Shown here piece after piece: positions 51,585 through 61,607 of a DNA stretch of 64,000 bases (position 1 is its first letter; every line of letters starts with the position of its first letter). The DNA lies in assembly GCA_963778655.1 (NCBI GenBank), contig CAVZVA010000009.1:1056001-1120000 (forward strand), read 5' to 3'. Source of the stretch: an uncultured delta proteobacterium. Lineage in GTDB: Bacteria; Myxococcota_A; Polyangia; Polyangiales; JAFGIB01. Position numbers and translations under genes: made by a program. The notes under the pieces were generated by a model. The model was not told the origin of the DNA and made no database searches. It saw only the letters and a program-made list of their open reading frames with translations.

Positions 51585-52510
51585 CCGCGCACGGGCTCGC
51601 CGCCGGCGGAGGCGGCCTGCACTCCGTCGGGTGCGGGCGGCTCGCCCAGCGTCCCGGCGACCGGCGGCGTGGCCCGCTCCGGAATCATGCCGAAACTGTG
51701 CGCAGCAGCCGGGAACTGGCCCGCGCGCACCTCCGCCCGAAAGCGCGCCATCGCGTCCGCGCCGCGCTGGTAGAAGCTCTCGTACTGCTTGACGAAGCGC
51801 GGTACGCGCTCCGGGGTCAGGCCGAGCAGGTCGTAGCACACCAGCACCTGGCCGTCGCAGTGCGGTCCAGCGCCGATGCCGATCGTCGGCACCGGAAGCT
51901 CGGCGGTGATGCGCGAGGCGAGCTCGCTGGGAATGCCCTCGAGCACCACGGCGTAGGCCCCCGCCTCGGCCACCGCCCTGGCGTCGTGCAGCACGCGCAG
52001 CGCGTCTTCCTCGCGTTTGCCTTGCAGCTTGAACCCGCCGAGCGCGTGCACGCTCTGCGGGGTCAGGCCCACGTGGCCCATCACCGGAATGCCGGCCGCC
52101 ACGATGCGGCGGATACTCGGCGCTTGATCGACGCCGCCCTCGAGCTTGACCGCGTGCATGCCGCCTTCGGCCAAGAAACGGCCCGCGGCGCGCAGGGCGT
52201 CTTCGGGCGAGACCTGGTAGCTCATGAACGGCATGTCGCCGACCAGGTGCGCGCGCTTGCTGCCGCGCGCGACCGCGCGGCAGTGATACAGCATTTCATC
52301 CAGGGTCACCGGCAGCGTGGTTTGCTGTCCCTGCACGACCATGCCGAGCGAGTCGCCGACCAGCAGGACGTCGGCGCCGCCTTCATCCAGCATGCGGGCA
52401 AAGGTGGCATCGTAGGCGGTGACCATCGTGATTGGCTCGGAGCGAGAGGTCATCGCTCGCAGCGTCTGCACGGTCACGCGCGCGTCGCTCGAAACGCTGT
52501 GTTTGGACAC
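51581..52510 (-). CDS. panB: 3-methyl-2-oxobutanoate hydroxymethyltransferase
   Basis: TAYDA, LVGDSLGM, GDMPFMSY, VKLEGG, GHVGLTPQ, IGIGAG, DGQVLV. Confidence 0.97.
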   Translation of the reverse strand: MSKHSVSSDARVTVQTLRAMTSRSEPITMVTAYDATFARMLDEGGADVLLVGDSLGMVVQGQQTTLPVTLDEMLYHCRAVARGSKRAHLVGDMPFMSYQVSPEDALRAAGRFLAEGGMHAVKLEGGVDQAPSIRRIVAAGIPVMGHVGLTPQSVHALGGFKLQGKREEDALRVLHDARAVAEAGAYAVVLEGIPSELASRITAELPVPTIGIGAGPHCDGQVLVCYDLLGLTPERVPRFVKQYESFYQRGADAMARFRAEVRAGQFPAAAHSFGMIPERATPPVAGTLGEPPAPDGVQAASAGGEPVRG

Positions 52511-53017
52511 GGCTGCTCTGGTTGCGCCCGAGTCGCGGCCAGGTCCAATCCCGGTCCACGCTGTGCGAACACCGCCAGCTTAGCACGCCGCGGCGGATGC
52601 GGGGCAGAGGCCCGGTGGGTGTCGAATTGTCGAACGATCTTCTGTGCTCCCGCGCGCTGGCCGGCAGTCGCCGGGTCTGGTTCTCATCTGATCGCGCGGT
52701 GGTCGAGCGGAACGCTCAGACCCTGCGGCTTTCGCGAGGGGCGGTACGCCGGGCTTGCGGCCCCTCCCCGGCGGAGTGAATTCGCCGGGCCCCGTCCCCA
52801 CGCGAGGCCGCGCTGCGCGGCGTCGTTGGCGACAAACCCTGTTCGTGCTCAGCACGAGATCCCCACCCCAGCCGCCCGACCCTCGACCCGCCGGCGCGGC
52901 AAGGATGGGCGTCCGGGCCGCCGCCGGTTCACGGCGATGAAACCGTGGCGAGACCGCGCGCTTACACGGGGATTGCAGACTGGGCCGGCGCGTGCATCCT
53001 GCGGCACGCGAGCTGTC

Positions 53018-53728
53018 ATGTCGCTGCCAACGCCGCGCTCCCTACTCACTCTCGCCCGCAGCGAATTGCGGGATGCGCTGGTGCGCGTCGCGCGCCTGCC
53101 GTGGCCGGGCCCGGTGCAGCGCTACGCGCAGGACACCCTGGGGCGAGCGCTGCGTTACTTTCCCGTGCTGGCCGAGCTGCTGGGTTGGCCCGCGCAGCGC
53201 GTTCCGGCACCGGCTGCGCAGCCCGCGCCCGCGCAGCCCGCCGCGCAGCCGCCGTCCGCGCCCGCACGGCCTGCCGACTCGGGCGCGACCAACGGCGGCG
53301 GCTCGCGCCCCGCGCTGGACGTGGACGCAGCGCTGGCCGCGCTGCGCGGTCCGAGCGCGGAGGCCGCGGCCAGCGCGGCCGAGACGCTTGCGGCTTGCGT
53401 GGACCCGCGCGCGCGCGCCGCGCTGCTCGAGGTGGTGTACAACCTCGATGGCTACTTCCACCCCTTGCCGCGGGTGGCGGCGCTGCGCGCGCTGGCGCGC
53501 GAGCGCTCGGAGCCTGCGCTGCGCGCGATCGTCGCCGCGGTCGACAGTGTCTCGGCCGAGGTCAGCCTGGCCGCGATCGGGGCCCTGGTCGAGAGCGCGC
53601 CGGAGCACGCGCTGGCGCCCATCCGCCGCGTGGTGGAGGATCCCTCGAACTACTTCGCGGCCGAGGTGCGCGCCGCGGCCGAGCGCGCTCTGGCCCGGCT
53701 GAGCGCGCGCACCGGCGCGCCGAGCTGA
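53018..53728 (+). CDS. HEAT-repeat-like protein
   Basis: Ala-rich helical repeats (RVAALRAL, EVSLAAIGAL, EVRAAAERAL) after a Pro-rich linker. Confidence 0.65.
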   Translation: MSLPTPRSLLTLARSELRDALVRVARLPWPGPVQRYAQDTLGRALRYFPVLAELLGWPAQRVPAPAAQPAPAQPAAQPPSAPARPADSGATNGGGSRPALDVDAALAALRGPSAEAAASAAETLAACVDPRARAALLEVVYNLDGYFHPLPRVAALRALARERSEPALRAIVAAVDSVSAEVSLAAIGALVESAPEHALAPIRRVVEDPSNYFAAEVRAAAERALARLSARTGAPS

Positions 53729-53899
53729 AGCCCGGGCGGCGGGCCTATCCGCGGCGTCCCGTGGCAAGCGCGGTGGATAGGGGGCGATTGCGAACGCGGG
53801 TTTGAGCGCGCCGCGCACAGCGCGTCACGGGCCTTGCGTGTGCCTGGACGAGCGCCGATTATCGACGCCGCCCGCGCCGGACCGGATCGAGAGACCTGC

Positions 53900-54137
53900 A
53901 TGAGGATCGGCATCTTCGCCTCGACTACGGGTTTCGTGCTGCCCGCGCACGAGTTCGCGCGAGCACTGCCAGCAGTGCGGCTTAGAGTCGTCCTGGGTGC
54001 CCGCGCACAGCCACAACTTCTTGGAGCGAGTGTGCGAGCTGGGCGCGGCGCGCGTGGTGCTGACCGTGCCCGCGACCAACGAGCGCGATCTCGCGCGACT
54101 CGACCGCTACGTCCATCTGACGCGGGCGGTGGTGTGA
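53900..54137 (+). pseudogene. Remnant of an LLM-class (luciferase-like) oxidoreductase
   Basis: MRIGIF...PAHEFARAL, +1 shift at about 53969, GLESSWVPAHSH, then immediately a C-terminal-like ELGAARVVL...LDRY. The central part is missing. Confidence 0.5.
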
Positions 54138-54212
54138 GCGCGCGTGCGCAGCTCTGCGGCCGTGCCGAGCTCCCGTCGGTCGACTCGGGCTGCTAACGTC
54201 GGGATGGTGGGC

Positions 54213-55259
54213 ATGCGATTCTCGAGGGTGCCGGGCGCGGTCTCGACTCCGCGAGCAAGTGCCATCGGCATGGTGCTGCTGCTCGCGCTCGGGGGATGCA
54301 ACGCCTACAATCGCTCGCTGCTGAAGGCGTCCGGCTCGCACCCGAGCCCCGGCAGCGGGGAAGACGCCGACGGCGGCTTCGACGCGGCGCTGCCGGGGCA
54401 GGACGCGCGCGTGCCGTCTGGGGGCGGCAGTGCTGACGCCCGCGTCGTGCCCGATGCCGCGTCCGAGGACGCCAGCGGGATCGCGAGCGGACAGCCCGAC
54501 GCCTCGATGCCGGACAACGAAGCCGGGGCAGCCGGCAGTGGTCCGCGTGCGTGCATGGCGGCCGCGGTGGGCGACTACTGCGCGCAGCTGCCGAGCTTGC
54601 CCGCGGCACCCGAGATCGATGGCGTGCTCGACTGCGATCTCGGGCTGCAGAGGGTGACCCCAGAGGGATGGAACGGCGCGGGCTCCGTGCCCTCCGGCCT
54701 CAGCGCGCAGATCGCCGCGGCGTGGCGCAGCGACGGGCTCTACGTGTACGTGGAGGTTCGGGGCCAGGCGCCCATGCCGCACCCTTCCGGCAGCCGTATC
54801 GACTGTGGCGACGCGGTGGAGCTGTACGTGGATTCCGACGGGACCACCGGGAGCTCCTACGACACTCCGGGGACCATGCAGTTCATCGTGGCCGCGCCCT
54901 CGGCCAGCTCGCCCCAGACGATCGAAGCTGCGCGCTACAACGGCGGCCCCCACGGCGTGTGGAGCTCACAAGCGCTGCATACCATGGCCTTCGCCGACGG
55001 CTACGCAGTCGAGGCGTTCATCACGCCGGCGGACCTGGACCTCACCGCGTGGTCGCCTGCTTCGGGAGGATCGATCGGCCTGGACGTGGCGATCGACGTG
55101 TCAGCATCGGCCGCGCCCTACCGAAGCGGCAGCGGTTGCCCCTCGACCGGCGCTCAGCTGGGCCAGTACTTCCTGCGCGTCTCGGCCGAGTCCGACAGCT
55201 GCAACCATGAGCCCTACTGCGACCCCCGCGCTTTCTGCACGCCCGAGCTCCAACCCTGA
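54213..55259 (+). CDS. Lipoprotein with CBM9/DOMON-like sugar-binding domain
   Basis: Lipobox ALGGC. PEIDGVLD, AAWRSDGLYVYVEV, GDAVELYVD, GYAVEAFI, IGLDVAID. Confidence 0.75.
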   Translation: MRFSRVPGAVSTPRASAIGMVLLLALGGCNAYNRSLLKASGSHPSPGSGEDADGGFDAALPGQDARVPSGGGSADARVVPDAASEDASGIASGQPDASMPDNEAGAAGSGPRACMAAAVGDYCAQLPSLPAAPEIDGVLDCDLGLQRVTPEGWNGAGSVPSGLSAQIAAAWRSDGLYVYVEVRGQAPMPHPSGSRIDCGDAVELYVDSDGTTGSSYDTPGTMQFIVAAPSASSPQTIEAARYNGGPHGVWSSQALHTMAFADGYAVEAFITPADLDLTAWSPASGGSIGLDVAIDVSASAAPYRSGSGCPSTGAQLGQYFLRVSAESDSCNHEPYCDPRAFCTPELQP

Positions 55260-55290
55260 CCCAAGCTCCACGGTCGCAGCTGTAGCCGCG

Positions 55291-55332
55291 CTCGTCCTCG
55301 TCCTCGTAGTCTCGTACCCGTCCTCGTAGTCG
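55291..55332. repeat. Short intergenic CTCGT(C/A)-type microrepeat between convergent genes
   Basis: ctcgtcctcgtcctcgtagtctcgtacccgtcctcgtagtcg. Confidence 0.5.
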
Positions 55333-55344
55333 CCGCTGCCGCCC

Positions 55345-56607
55345 CTACCTCAGCTCTTCCAGCTTGCTCTCGATCGCCGCCCGCGCCTCGGCGTCGTCCT
55401 TCGCCAGCTCGGCTGCGCGCTGAAGCATGCGTCGCGCGTCCTGCCGCCGATCGAGCTCGGCCAGCAAACGCGCCGCCTGCTGGTAATACTCGACGTGACG
55501 CGTCACGTCGCTGCCGGCGGAGAGCAAGTGGTAGAGGTCGAGCGCCCGCGCCTTGTTCCCGCGCTTCTCGTGCATGCGCGCGAGCGGGACCGCACACTCG
55601 GGCGGCAGGTCCAGGTGCTGGCGCGAGGTGAGGTAGACCACCACCTCTTCCAGCAGCGCGATCGCCTGCTCCTCGTCGCCGAGATCCGCGTGCGCCAGCC
55701 CGAGCTCGAGCGTGAGCCGAAACTCGCGCTGCACCTCGCTGTCGAGCGCGCCGCGGGCCGAGCTCAGCACCTCGATCGCCTCGGCCGGCATGCCCTCGCG
55801 GCGGAAGAAACCCGCCATCGCGAGGTAGGGTCGCGGATCGTCGGGCAGGGCCTCGACCGCGGCTTCGTACTCGGCGGTGGCGGCTTCGAAGTCGCCGCCG
55901 GCCTGGTGCAGCGCGGCCAGCTCCATGTGCGCGACCAGCCGTGCCTCGCCGCCTTCCTCGGCCGCGAGCCCCGACAGGAAGCGGCGCAGAGCTTCTTTTC
56001 CGCCTTCTGCCTCGCCGTCGAGTAGGCGCGCGCGTCCGAGCTCGAACCACAGGTAGCGCGGGCTGGCGGCCGCCTCCACCACCTGCTCCAGCGCCGGCCG
56101 CGCGCGCGCCGCGTCTCCCTCGTAAAGCGCGAGCAGCGCCGCGCGCAGCGCCTCGCCCTGCACGCTGTACTCCTCGTGCTGATCGTCCTCCCAGCTGCCG
56201 GCGATGATCTCGAAGCGCTCTTCCTCGCTCTGCTCGACCGCGCTGGCGTGCGCCCGCGCCTCGCGCCGTTCCGCGCTCTCCAGCTTGCTCTCCGCCTCGG
56301 CCAGCAGCTCGGGGCTGGCCGCCATCTCGATCGCGCTCAGCAGCTCGCTGGCCGCCAGCTCCGCGGCGCCCTCGCGCATCAACCGCTCAGCTTCCTCGAT
56401 GTGCGCGCGGGCGAGCGCGTCGCGCGCAGCGGCTACCCTTGCGGCCAGCGCCTGCTTGGTCTCGTCAGGCTCGCCCTGCGCCAGCTCCAGCGCCCGCTCG
56501 AACGCCAGCTTGGCGAGCCCGATCTGGCCGCTCGCGAACAGCGCCTCCGCACGCTCGCGTTCCTCGGCGGCGCTACGGCGTCCGAATAGCTTGGAGATCA
56601 GCGACAT
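55345..56607 (-). CDS. Tetratricopeptide-repeat protein
   Basis: Repeated TPR-like helices (WFELGRARL, EYEAAVEALPDDPRPYLAMA, LELGLAHADLGD). Confidence 0.85.
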   Translation of the reverse strand: MSLISKLFGRRSAAEERERAEALFASGQIGLAKLAFERALELAQGEPDETKQALAARVAAARDALARAHIEEAERLMREGAAELAASELLSAIEMAASPELLAEAESKLESAERREARAHASAVEQSEEERFEIIAGSWEDDQHEEYSVQGEALRAALLALYEGDAARARPALEQVVEAAASPRYLWFELGRARLLDGEAEGGKEALRRFLSGLAAEEGGEARLVAHMELAALHQAGGDFEAATAEYEAAVEALPDDPRPYLAMAGFFRREGMPAEAIEVLSSARGALDSEVQREFRLTLELGLAHADLGDEEQAIALLEEVVVYLTSRQHLDLPPECAVPLARMHEKRGNKARALDLYHLLSAGSDVTRHVEYYQQAARLLAELDRRQDARRMLQRAAELAKDDAEARAAIESKLEELR

Positions 56608-56778
56608 GCACCCTCGCGCAGGCGCCGAACATGCCACCCTGGCGGCCGACTGCCAAGCCCGCGCGACCGTCTCGCGTCCGGAGCAGGCCGCGCGCGGGTA
56701 CCGAGAGGACTCACAAGCAGGCGGGCAGACGGGAAGACCGAGATCTCAGAGTCCTTCCCGTTGCATTCCCCTGGATCC

Positions 56779-57906
56779 TCAGCCGCGCTCTTTGCGCGAG
56801 GCCCACTGCGACGCGAGCGAGCGGATCTGAGCGGACACGTTGCGGCTGCGCGCCAGCATACGCAGCTCGTCGGCGCGCATGTGGCCGAGGAACCTCAGCG
56901 AGATGCCGACCGGGCACTTGGGGTTGAACACCAGGTTGTGCTTGACCTCGGCGCTCTTGATCCACTCTTTCTTGTTGCCGATGTAGCGCAGGATCTCCTC
57001 GCTGACGTCCCTGCTCTTGGCGATCTCGACCGCTTCGGGCAGGGCGGTCTGCGGCGATGCGATGGCGGCGTAGGCCACCTGCCGGTTGTGGTCTCGCACG
57101 AGGATCGCCCGCGCGGCCTTGCTGCCGACCATCGCCATGCGCAGCTTTTCGGCCTTGCCCATATCCGCGATCTGCATGCTCAGCGGCTTGAACTGCTCCT
57201 TGACCGCCTCGACGCCGGTCGCGTCCTCCTCGAACACCTGGTCGTCGTCATGGCTCGAGTCGGCCACCAGTGTCTGCGCGAACATCCGGTCCTGGGGCAG
57301 TGCCTCGTCGGTCGGCTCCGGGATCAGCTGCTCCTGCAGCGCCTCGACGTGGGCCTTGAAGGCCGGGATGCCGGTCAGCTCGAGCCCGTTGCGCGCCGCC
57401 AGCTCGATCAGGCGATCGGCGGTGGACATGCGCATGTTGCGGTTCTTGTACAGCGCCTCGATGATGCGCGGTGCTGCCAGCAAGCGACGCTCGTTGACAG
57501 CGATGCGTTCGGCCAATATCTCGCTCGCGGAGTGCGCGATGCGCTCGATTGTGGCGTCGTGGGCGTTGGGGTTGCCGGCGATGCTCGCCAGCAGCTCCTG
57601 GTCGGCGATCAGCTGGCTCAGGAAGTCGAGCATCGGCGCCGGCAGCGGCGCCTCGCAGGCCGGTTGCAATACGTTGTGAGGCAGGTCCTTGAGGCTCCGG
57701 GTGGCGGCGTTGCGCACCTCGGCGACCTCGTCGGCGGCGAGCTGGATCAGCATCGTGATCTGGTCGTGCCCGCGGACCGGCACGAGCCCCTTGGCGGCCA
57801 TCAGGCGGGCGGGAGGGGGGCCCTTGGGATCGCAGAAGCGCCGGATGCCCTGGGGCAACGCCTCGAGCGGAAGGGGCAGGCTCTGGATGGGCGCGGTCTC
57901 GGACAT
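56779..57906 (-). CDS. Conserved-looking alpha-solenoid hypothetical protein
   Basis: LMAAKGLVP, KLRMAMVGSKAARAILVRD, EEILRYIG..KEW, LVFNPKCP. Strong coding bias. Confidence 0.75.
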   Translation of the reverse strand: MSETAPIQSLPLPLEALPQGIRRFCDPKGPPPARLMAAKGLVPVRGHDQITMLIQLAADEVAEVRNAATRSLKDLPHNVLQPACEAPLPAPMLDFLSQLIADQELLASIAGNPNAHDATIERIAHSASEILAERIAVNERRLLAAPRIIEALYKNRNMRMSTADRLIELAARNGLELTGIPAFKAHVEALQEQLIPEPTDEALPQDRMFAQTLVADSSHDDDQVFEEDATGVEAVKEQFKPLSMQIADMGKAEKLRMAMVGSKAARAILVRDHNRQVAYAAIASPQTALPEAVEIAKSRDVSEEILRYIGNKKEWIKSAEVKHNLVFNPKCPVGISLRFLGHMRADELRMLARSRNVSAQIRSLASQWASRKERG

Positions 57907-58030
57907 CGCAGCGGGCGGCTCCGAAGCATAGCGCCGGTCGGCGTGCATTTCAGTGCCGATCGATCGTCTCGCGTCTGACACCGCGGGTGCGGGTGCTGGC
58001 AAATCGGGCCGGCCTGCGCATAATTCGCGG

Positions 58031-60205
58031 GTGCGCGCCCCCCCTACCCATACGTCGCGTCGCCGCACGCGCGCGGCGGCCGGCGCGGCGCGGGCGCTGG
58101 CGCTAGCGATCCTGCTCGCGTGCTGCCACCGGGGCGCTCAGATCGATCTGCCGCCGCTGCCGCCGGAGCGGGACGCTGCGGTCGGAGCGCTGAGCATTCC
58201 GGACGGCGCGGTGCCCTGCAGCTCCGACGCCGACTGCGACGACGGGATCGCCTGCACCAAGGACTTCTGCCTGCCCGGCGGCTACTGCGTGCGCGCCGCC
58301 AACTCCAGCCTCTGCAGCAACGGCGTATTTTGCGACGGCGAGGAGGTGTGCGATCCGAGCTCCGGCTGCCGCTCGGGAACGCCAGAAAACTGCAATGACG
58401 ACGACGTGTGCACGGTGGACTCGTGCGACGAGGCCAACAAGCGCTGCGCGCACGATCCGCGCGACTTCGACCACGATGGCGAGTCGGACTGGCACTGCCC
58501 GGGCGGCACCGATTGCGACGACCTCGACCCGATGCGCGGCAGCCAGCAGCCCGAGATCTGCGGCGACATGATCGACAACGATTGCGACGACCAGGTGGAC
58601 GAGAGCGACTGCGTGTCGCCCTCGCACGACAGCTGCGAGGACGCGCTCGACGTGAGCGCCGGCGGCAGCTTCGCGGTCAGCCTCTCGGGCGCGGCGGCGG
58701 ACTACGCGCTGAGCTGCGCCAATCCCAACGAGCGCGACGTGGCCTTCAGCTTCACTCTGAGCGAGCCGCGCGACGTCACGCTGGTTGCGCGCGGCCTGCT
58801 GCCCGACAACAGCGAGGAGACGGCTACGGTCGCGGTGCGCACGCGCTGCGACGACCCGAGCACCGAGGACAAGTGCAGCCACGGCTTTCCAGCGCAGGTC
58901 CGCATCCGCGCGCTGCCGGCGGGCAGCTACTTCGCGATCGTCAGCAGCGACCAGGCGGTTCAGGTGGTGCTCGAGGCCAGCTTCGATCCCCCCACGGCCC
59001 CGGCCACCAACACCACCTGCGACCATCCCATCGACATCGGCGCCGGCGGCCGCTTCGAGGGCAATTTTGTCGACGCCGGCGACGACCAGCGGCTGGCCTG
59101 CGGCTTCATGGGCGCCGAGGATCTGACCTACCGCTTCACGCTCGACAAGGAGCAGGACGTCGAGCTCTCGGCGTTGAGCCTCAGCGGCGGGCGCATGAGC
59201 TTCGAGGTGCGCGGCAGCTGCGACGACCCCGCGACCAGCGTGCGCTGCGTATCGGACGCGCCGGCAAGGGCACGGCTGTACCAGCTGCCGGCAGGCACGT
59301 ACTACGTGGTGCTGGAGGGCCCGACCTCGCGCGAGGTCGACTTCAGCCTGGACGTCGCCTTCCTCGATCCCAGCAGCCCGCCGCCGGGCGACGGTTGCGG
59401 CGATCCGCTCGAGCTCGCGCTCGGCACGCAGCAGGCGGACACGCTCGCCGACCGGCAGGATCTGGTCAGCGTGGTGTGCGGCTGCAGCCAGACCCAGTCG
59501 CAGCAGGGGTGCAACCAGTTCCTGCCGGACATCGTCTACCACGTGCACGTCGACAAGCCGACGGATCTGGGCCTGCACATAGACGGGGGCAGCGCGCTGA
59601 TGGTGTACGACTTCCGCAGCGACTGCGCGGACCCGAGCTCGCAGCTCGCCTGCGGCGACGGCGCGATGGTGGACGGCCGCCTGCGTAACGTGCAGGCGGG
59701 CGACTACTCCCTGGTGCTCGAGTCGCCCGCACCGGCCAACGATCCGGCTAGCTTCACGGTGGAGCTCGACAAGTTGCCGCGCACGGTGCCGGTGCCGGTC
59801 GACGGCAATGACACCTGCGCGAGCGCGTTCGACGTGCCGAGCGATGGCGGGCTGTTCGAGGGCGACACCCTCGGCATGATCGACGACTACCAGGCGGTCT
59901 GCGGCGGCGGCTCGAGCTCGGCGGACGCCGTGTTTCACCTCGCCCTGACCCGGCGCTCGCGCGTCACGGCCTCGCTGGAGGCGTCGTTCGACACCGTGCT
60001 GTACCGCTACTCGGACACCGGCAAGGGAGCCGACAGCTGTCAGCCCAAGGCGGAGGCCGCGTGCAACGACGACAGCGGGCAGGGCAGCACCAACAGCGCG
60101 CTGTCCGAGGTGCTGGCCACCGGCGACTACTACTACGTCGTCGACGGTTTCAACGACAGCAACTCGGGCAAGTACCTACTCGACATTTCGGTCACGCCCC
60201 AGTGA
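58031..60205 (+). CDS. Large secreted Cys-rich protein with Dictyostelium-type repeats, a putative metal-binding motif and several PPC-like beta domains
   Basis: LLACC lipobox-like. CDDGIACTKDFC, CNDDDVCTVDSC, DCDDLDP...PEICGDMIDNDCDDQVDE. Four C..D(V/L).(F/Y)...G.Y..V modules. Confidence 0.8.
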   Translation: MRAPPTHTSRRRTRAAAGAARALALAILLACCHRGAQIDLPPLPPERDAAVGALSIPDGAVPCSSDADCDDGIACTKDFCLPGGYCVRAANSSLCSNGVFCDGEEVCDPSSGCRSGTPENCNDDDVCTVDSCDEANKRCAHDPRDFDHDGESDWHCPGGTDCDDLDPMRGSQQPEICGDMIDNDCDDQVDESDCVSPSHDSCEDALDVSAGGSFAVSLSGAAADYALSCANPNERDVAFSFTLSEPRDVTLVARGLLPDNSEETATVAVRTRCDDPSTEDKCSHGFPAQVRIRALPAGSYFAIVSSDQAVQVVLEASFDPPTAPATNTTCDHPIDIGAGGRFEGNFVDAGDDQRLACGFMGAEDLTYRFTLDKEQDVELSALSLSGGRMSFEVRGSCDDPATSVRCVSDAPARARLYQLPAGTYYVVLEGPTSREVDFSLDVAFLDPSSPPPGDGCGDPLELALGTQQADTLADRQDLVSVVCGCSQTQSQQGCNQFLPDIVYHVHVDKPTDLGLHIDGGSALMVYDFRSDCADPSSQLACGDGAMVDGRLRNVQAGDYSLVLESPAPANDPASFTVELDKLPRTVPVPVDGNDTCASAFDVPSDGGLFEGDTLGMIDDYQAVCGGGSSSADAVFHLALTRRSRVTASLEASFDTVLYRYSDTGKGADSCQPKAEAACNDDSGQGSTNSALSEVLATGDYYYVVDGFNDSNSGKYLLDISVTPQ

Positions 60206-60370
60206 CGGCGGATCGCCAGGGTCGGGCGCCCGCGGCGTCATACTCGGCAGCGCACCGCGGGTCGTGATACGATCGAAGTTGAGTGGCGCGTGGCTTTGCC
60301 CACCTCCTGCCACATCCCCGGCCCACGCGTGAGCTCAGCGCCGCCACCATTCGGCTCGGTCCAGATCGCG

Positions 60371-60781
60371 ATGCCGCGCGCGACGTCGTGGCACCCGCGC
60401 GTGCCGTTGCTCACGGCGTACGTGCGCTCGCAGCTCTCCGCTGTGCTCGCCACCCTGGTCGACTTCGCCACCATGGTGGTGCTGGTCGAGCACGTCGGGC
60501 TGCACTACGTGCTCGCCACGGCGCTCGGCGCGCTGGCGGGCGGCGCCACCGCCTTCCTGGCCAACCGCCACTGGAGCTTTCTGGCGGCACACCGCGCCTG
60601 GGACGCGCAGGCCGCCCGCTACGGCCTGGTCTGGGCGGGCAGCGTGGGGTTGAACTGCGGCCTGGTCTACCTGCTGACCGAGCACGGCGGTCTGGCCTAT
60701 ACCGCCTCCAAGGCGGTGACCGCCATCCTGGTCGGCATCGGCTTCAACTTCCCGTTGCACCGTCACTTCGTGTTCCGCTGA
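60371..60781 (+). CDS. GtrA family small membrane protein
   Basis: LATLVDF, FLANRHWSF, QAARY, SKAV, NFPLHRHFVF. Confidence 0.88.
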   Translation: MPRATSWHPRVPLLTAYVRSQLSAVLATLVDFATMVVLVEHVGLHYVLATALGALAGGATAFLANRHWSFLAAHRAWDAQAARYGLVWAGSVGLNCGLVYLLTEHGGLAYTASKAVTAILVGIGFNFPLHRHFVFR

Positions 60782-60809
60782 GCGGACGCGCCCGCGCCCG
60801 GCTGCGATC

Positions 60810-61607
60810 ATGCTCGACGACTCGCCCTGGCCGCTGCTCCTGCTCGCGCCGGCGTTGCTCTACTTCACGTTGCGCTTCGCAGCTTACTGGGCGCTGGTCT
60901 TGCTCGGCCGGGAGCTGCCCTTCGACGCCGAGATGCACCAGCGCGGCAAGTCGCTGTTGCTCGGCCACTCGCTGCGCCAGGTCTACGCCTGGTCGCTGCA
61001 GCCGCTGGCGCGGCTGCTGGCGCGCGCGCGGGTGCGGCCCAACCTGTTGAGCGTGCTGTGCTTCCTGCTGTCGCTGGCCGCCGGCGCCCTGATCGCGCTC
61101 GGTGCGGTCACGCTGGGCGGCGTGGTGGGGCTGTTCGGCTCGTCGCTCGACTACTTCGACGGGCGGGTCGCGCGCCTTTCGGGACAGGTGACGCGCGCGG
61201 GTGCCTTCCTCGACAGCACGCTCGACCGCTACTGCGAGGTCGCCTTCCTGGCGGGCGCGGCGCTGCTGTTCCGCGCCTCCCCGTGGACGCTCGGCGCCTG
61301 CCTGCTGGCGCTCGGCTCGGGCGGCATCGTCTCGTATACCCGCGCCAAGGCCGAGTCGCTCGGCGTCGAGCTCAAGTCCGGCCTGATGCAGCGCCCCGAG
61401 CGCGTGGTGCTGTTTTGCTTCGGCGCCAGCTTCGGCGCGCTGCTCGACGGCCTGCTGCCGCCGCCGCTGCAAGGACGGCGGTTGGTGTTCGGCACGCTGC
61501 TGTTCGTGCTGGCGGTGCTGACTACGCACACCGCGTGTGCACGCACGGCGAGTGGTCTTGCGGCGCTGCGGCGCGCCGAGCGGGGGCCGGACACAGGCGA
61601 GCGATGA
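60810..61607 (+). CDS. CDP-alcohol phosphatidyltransferase (PgsA / PI(P)-synthase-like)
   Basis: RPNLLS, DYFDGRVAR...GAFLDSTLDRY, VSYTRAKAESLG, GLMQRPER. Confidence 0.92.
   Translation: MLDDSPWPLLLLAPALLYFTLRFAAYWALVLLGRELPFDAEMHQRGKSLLLGHSLRQVYAWSLQPLARLLARARVRPNLLSVLCFLLSLAAGALIALGAVTLGGVVGLFGSSLDYFDGRVARLSGQVTRAGAFLDSTLDRYCEVAFLAGAALLFRASPWTLGACLLALGSGGIVSYTRAKAESLGVELKSGLMQRPERVVLFCFGASFGALLDGLLPPPLQGRRLVFGTLLFVLAVLTTHTACARTASGLAALRRAERGPDTGER

Noticed and set aside
52660..52740. c-di-GMP-I riboswitch or RNase P RNA resemblance (GCGAAAGCCGCAGGGTCTGAG; AGACCCGGC)
   Set aside because: The upstream GGYAAAC-stem-GAAA arm and the RNase P GAGGAAAGUCC core are absent. Kept only as a generic structured-region finding.
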